Source of the DNA: Malacoraja senta
Taxonomy: Eukaryota
Assembly: GCA_038087875.1 (NCBI GenBank)
Contig: CM075979.1
Location: 45,818,001-45,882,000 of the forward strand
DNA length: 64,000 nt
Direction of reading: 5' to 3'
The translations under genes and the position numbers were made by a program. The notes under the pieces were generated by a model. The model ran no database searches and was not told where the DNA came from. It saw nothing but the letters and a program-made list of their open reading frames with translations. Of the stretch, positions 60,816 through 64,000 are shown in pieces. The number at the start of each line of letters is the position of its first letter. The first letter of the stretch is position 1.

Positions 60816-61796
60816 TTACACAGAACTAAAAATAGTTTCTGCAAACAACCCCGCATTAACAATAGGCCGATGGTAAAAATGTTGAAACATCAACTCATTG
60901 GACCACCCGGCGGCTGCGAGGATATGGTCGACGGGAACGTCTTTCGCCCAGGCCGCCGACGTTGCGGCTGCCCTAGTCGAGTGAGACGTAAAAACATCAG
61001 TGTTAATACCAGCAGCTTTTAAGACTTCTTTTATCCATCTGGAAATAGTCTGTACTGAAACTCTCTTGTGTGGTTTCTTGTGTGTGATCAGCAACCCATT
61101 TTCCATATTTCTTAAAGTCTTTGTGACCTCAATGTATTGTAACAAATATGTTTTAACACAGAGACAAGGATCATTTGGATTTGCTGCTAGCACAATTTTA
61201 AACCCTGTCACACCTGGCCTACTTTGCTTTAGTAGGTCATAGATATAGAATGTAACCTTGTCAGCAGTTACTTCCATCCTGTCTATTTGTAATTTCCCAA
61301 GTGTTTGCACTCGTTGTGCTGTCACTAATGCCATAAGCATGACTACTTTCATACTGAGCTTGGCCAAAGATAAAGACACACTTGGAGACCATTCACGAAG
61401 TAGTTTCAGCACCACACTTACATCCCAGATTGTCATGTATCTAGGTTTTGGTGGTCTGGAATTAAAAATTCCTTTCATTAGTCTGGAAACAAGTGGGTGT
61501 GACCCAATTGGGTTTCTTTCTGAATCCAGAACCAAATATGAGGATAATGCACTTCTGGCTGAATTAATTGCACTATAACTCAGACCTTTACCATAATAAA
61601 GTTTTGACAGAAATTCTACAACATCTGAAATATTCACAGTACTATATTGCACATTTTCCTGTACACAAAATTCTTCCCATTTCTTAATATAAGAAAGGTA
61701 CTGTTTTTGAGTGCTCTTCCTCCAGGCTGCCGTAAGCATGTTGACAGTACGCTCAGACAGTCCTCGCCCCAAAAAAGGCCTTCTTAAAACCTGCAA
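60816..61796 (-). CDS. DIRS tyrosine recombinase (326 aa, open)
   Basis: R (TAQRV), HSTR and Y (FQHFYHRP) catalytic motifs. Confidence 0.9.
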   Translation of the reverse strand: MQVLRRPFLGRGLSERTVNMLTAAWRKSTQKQYLSYIKKWEEFCVQENVQYSTVNISDVVEFLSKLYYGKGLSYSAINSARSALSSYLVLDSERNPIGSHPLVSRLMKGIFNSRPPKPRYMTIWDVSVVLKLLREWSPSVSLSLAKLSMKVVMLMALVTAQRVQTLGKLQIDRMEVTADKVTFYIYDLLKQSRPGVTGFKIVLAANPNDPCLCVKTYLLQYIEVTKTLRNMENGLLITHKKPHKRVSVQTISRWIKEVLKAAGINTDVFTSHSTRAAATSAAWAKDVPVDHILAAAGWSNELMFQHFYHRPIVNAGLFAETIFSSV

Positions 61797-63898
61797 ATCA
61801 ACAAAGCCAAACGATCATATAATGGATGTTGTTCCCCTGTTACAGGGTGCAGCAAAAGATTCTTTCTTTTTGGGACTTTCATCAATTTTTGTGATGTCAA
61901 TTGTAATATCAATGGATACCATGGTTGTGTAGGCCAATCTGGCACTACTAATACCCCTGAAGCAGCATCTTGCCTGATTTTAAGCAAACATCGGCTTATG
62001 AGGCAGAAAGGTGGAAACATATATGAAAACATGCCACCCCAATGTAGCGAGAAAGCATCAATCGCCACTGCTCCTGGATCTGGTTCCCATGACACATATC
62101 TCTCTAGCTGATGATTCAGCCTAGATGCGAACAAGTCGATGTCTGGCATTCCAAATCTGATTACTATATCATTGAATACCTCTTTATTCAACATCCATTC
62201 TTTATTATCATGGAAGTTTCGTGACCTGGTGTCTGCTATCGTATTCATTCTACCTGGTAGATGGATAGCTGAAATACAAATATTCTTTTCAATACACCAA
62301 GACCAAATTTGATTAGCCATTTTGTCACATGACACCGACTTGATTCCACCCATATGATTAATATAGGCAACTGCTGTTGTGTTATCAATTTGAACTTGAA
62401 CATGCTTATTAGTTGTATTAGAACAGTAAGCTTGGAGCCCATAGAAACATCCTAGAAGCTCCAAATAGTTAATTCCCCATGTCTGCAGTAACAATGACTC
62501 TTCCTGATTCCATCTGCCACCGCAGCTAGATGTTAAGTCAGTTGCACCCCATCCTAGTGCACTGGCATCAGTCTGTAATATCATGGAAGGTTGTTCAATC
62601 AGCACTTTGCCTGAACTGCTTGAGACATGTAGAATCCACCACTGCTGATTAGAAACAGCATTTGTTGTTAGTTGCATGGTTCTATCAAAGTGACCAACAT
62701 GCATTCTCAGTGCCTGTTCTTTAAGTCTCTGCAGCTGTTGATAATGTAATGGTCCAAATTGGACTGCTGGGAATGCTGCTACTAACTTTCCCAGTACACG
62801 AGCCACCTGCCTAATTGAAGGTTTTTGCTCGTTTAGGAGATTACTGCAATCTTTAATCAAATCCCCCATTTTTTCCCTGGGCAAAGTAATATTCATGTGG
62901 ACTGAATCAATTGTGAACCCCAAATAATTAATAGAGGTGCTGGGTATTAACCTTGATTTCTTTGGATGAATTAGAAACCCCAAACTTTCAAAAGTTGATT
63001 TCACAACTGCAACAGATGCTTCTGTTGACTGTTTTGTCTTTCCTATAATCAAAACATCATCCAAGTATGCCATCAGTACATGTCCTTGGCTTCTCAGCAA
63101 GCCCAGAATTGGTTTTAACAATTTTGTGAATATTCTGGGTGCAGACGTTAACCCATTAGGCAGAGCTTTGAACTGCCACAACTGGTTCATCCATTTAAAT
63201 TTAAGATACTTCATATCTTCTGAATGAACAGACACTGAATAATATGCATCTCTCAAATCTATTGTTGCCATATAACATGCTTCTGAAATAAGCTGTTTGG
63301 CAGTCACAAATGTCTCCATTTTAAAATGTCTAAATTGCACAAAAGGATTCAGATTTGTCAAATCTAGAATAATCCTACATCCTCCATCCTTTTTTGAACG
63401 AGGAAATATATTTGACACAAATTGGTGACTTTGGTAGACTGATTTTTCAATAACCCCTTTTTTATATAGGGTTTCAATTTCAACCTGAACCTCCATCACT
63501 TCTTTTTGTACAAAGTGGAGAGTTCGGCTAGGAACATGCTGAACAGGCAAATCATAATTTGGATTGAATTCAATTCAAAATCCTTGTATATTATTCAGGA
63601 TTACCACATCTGAAGTAAGTTTCTTCCAGTTATTATAGAAGAAATGTAACCTGCCTCCAACTTTTGGACTTAATCCAGTTATTATGTTCCCATGAGAACC
63701 AGGTCCACCTACCTCTTGACTCATTTGAGTAACTTGAGATTCCTGGATTCTCCCGGAAGCACGACCACTCGTTCTTGCTCCCGCTGCAGGCCGCCAACTA
63801 CGTCCCTGCGTTGATGAGCGACTTGGGCCAGGATCCGTATGACGTCTGAAAGGATACTTCCTCTTTACAGACTTCACAACCATTGATGTCTTCATCAA
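61784..63898 (-). CDS. DIRS pol (RT, RNase H, DAM-like methyltransferase) with one in-frame TGA at 63575-63577
   Basis: VGGRL..W, YLDD, TDAS..GWG, INYLEL, DNTTAVAYINHMGG and DLFAS..FPP. ORFs 63575-63898 and 61784-63550 are in the same frame. Confidence 0.88.
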
Positions 63899-63988
63899 AG
63901 GTACACAAAAATGCTGGAGAAACTCAGCGGGTGCAGCAGCATCTATGGAGCGAAGGAAATAGGTAACGTTTCGGGCCGAAACCCTTCT
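63899..63988 (-). mobile_element. Penelope terminal fragment interrupting DIRS gag
   Basis: GGTACACAAAAATGCTGG..GAAACCCTTCT, the same unit as 8637 and 14323. Confidence 0.8.
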
Positions 63989-64000
63989 ATCCTGTTTTCG

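Larger units (their letters stand above)
60301..63898 (-). mobile_element. DIRS1-type tyrosine-recombinase retrotransposon (right end, YR, RT/RNase H/MT, gag end)
   Basis: Overlapping RT and YR ORFs plus a terminal inverted repeat and ICR. The left end lies outside the window. Confidence 0.92.

Noticed and set aside
63575-63577. Programmed stop-codon read-through in DIRS pol
   Set aside because: A single copy cannot distinguish this from an ordinary nonsense mutation, which is the simpler explanation.
41070-64000. Minus-strand V exon partnering the inverted C1 copy
   Set aside because: No ASLxL or EGxYxC motif in any minus-strand ORF, and no match to bases 1-190.

Overview
Repeat-dense vertebrate genomic window, inferred to be a cartilaginous fish (probably a skate or ray) from its HE1/V-SINE-like SINEs and HER1/CR1-like LINEs. 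The only host gene I can support is a plus-strand immunoglobulin-superfamily gene that enters at base 1 in the middle of an exon and runs to about 21015. It has nine phase-1/phase-1 exons: a V-type Ig exon and a C1-type Ig exon that closely resemble B7-H6 (NCR3LG1), a transmembrane exon, and then six further C1-like Ig exons placed after the transmembrane segment. Those six domains (about 690 aa) are predicted to be cytoplasmic, and four of them lack one of the two canonical Ig cysteines. This is the most unusual feature of the window. The extracellular C1 exon carries a +1 G frameshift, while an intact, about 98% identical inverted copy of that exon sits alone at 40749-41069. The rest is transposable-element material: many CR1 LINEs, SINEs, Penelope-like elements with hammerhead-like motifs and a fold-back inversion, an L1 3' end, Rex1/Babar fragments, a HERO-like RLE retrotransposon, a near-intact DIRS element with its ITR/ICR end, Gypsy and endogenous-retrovirus pol remnants, MITEs, Helitron-like ends, a ~4.9 kb tandem duplication and a 148-N assembly gap. 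All family assignments come from motif recognition by eye; no database searches were run. Repeat boundaries are approximate unless stated as exact.
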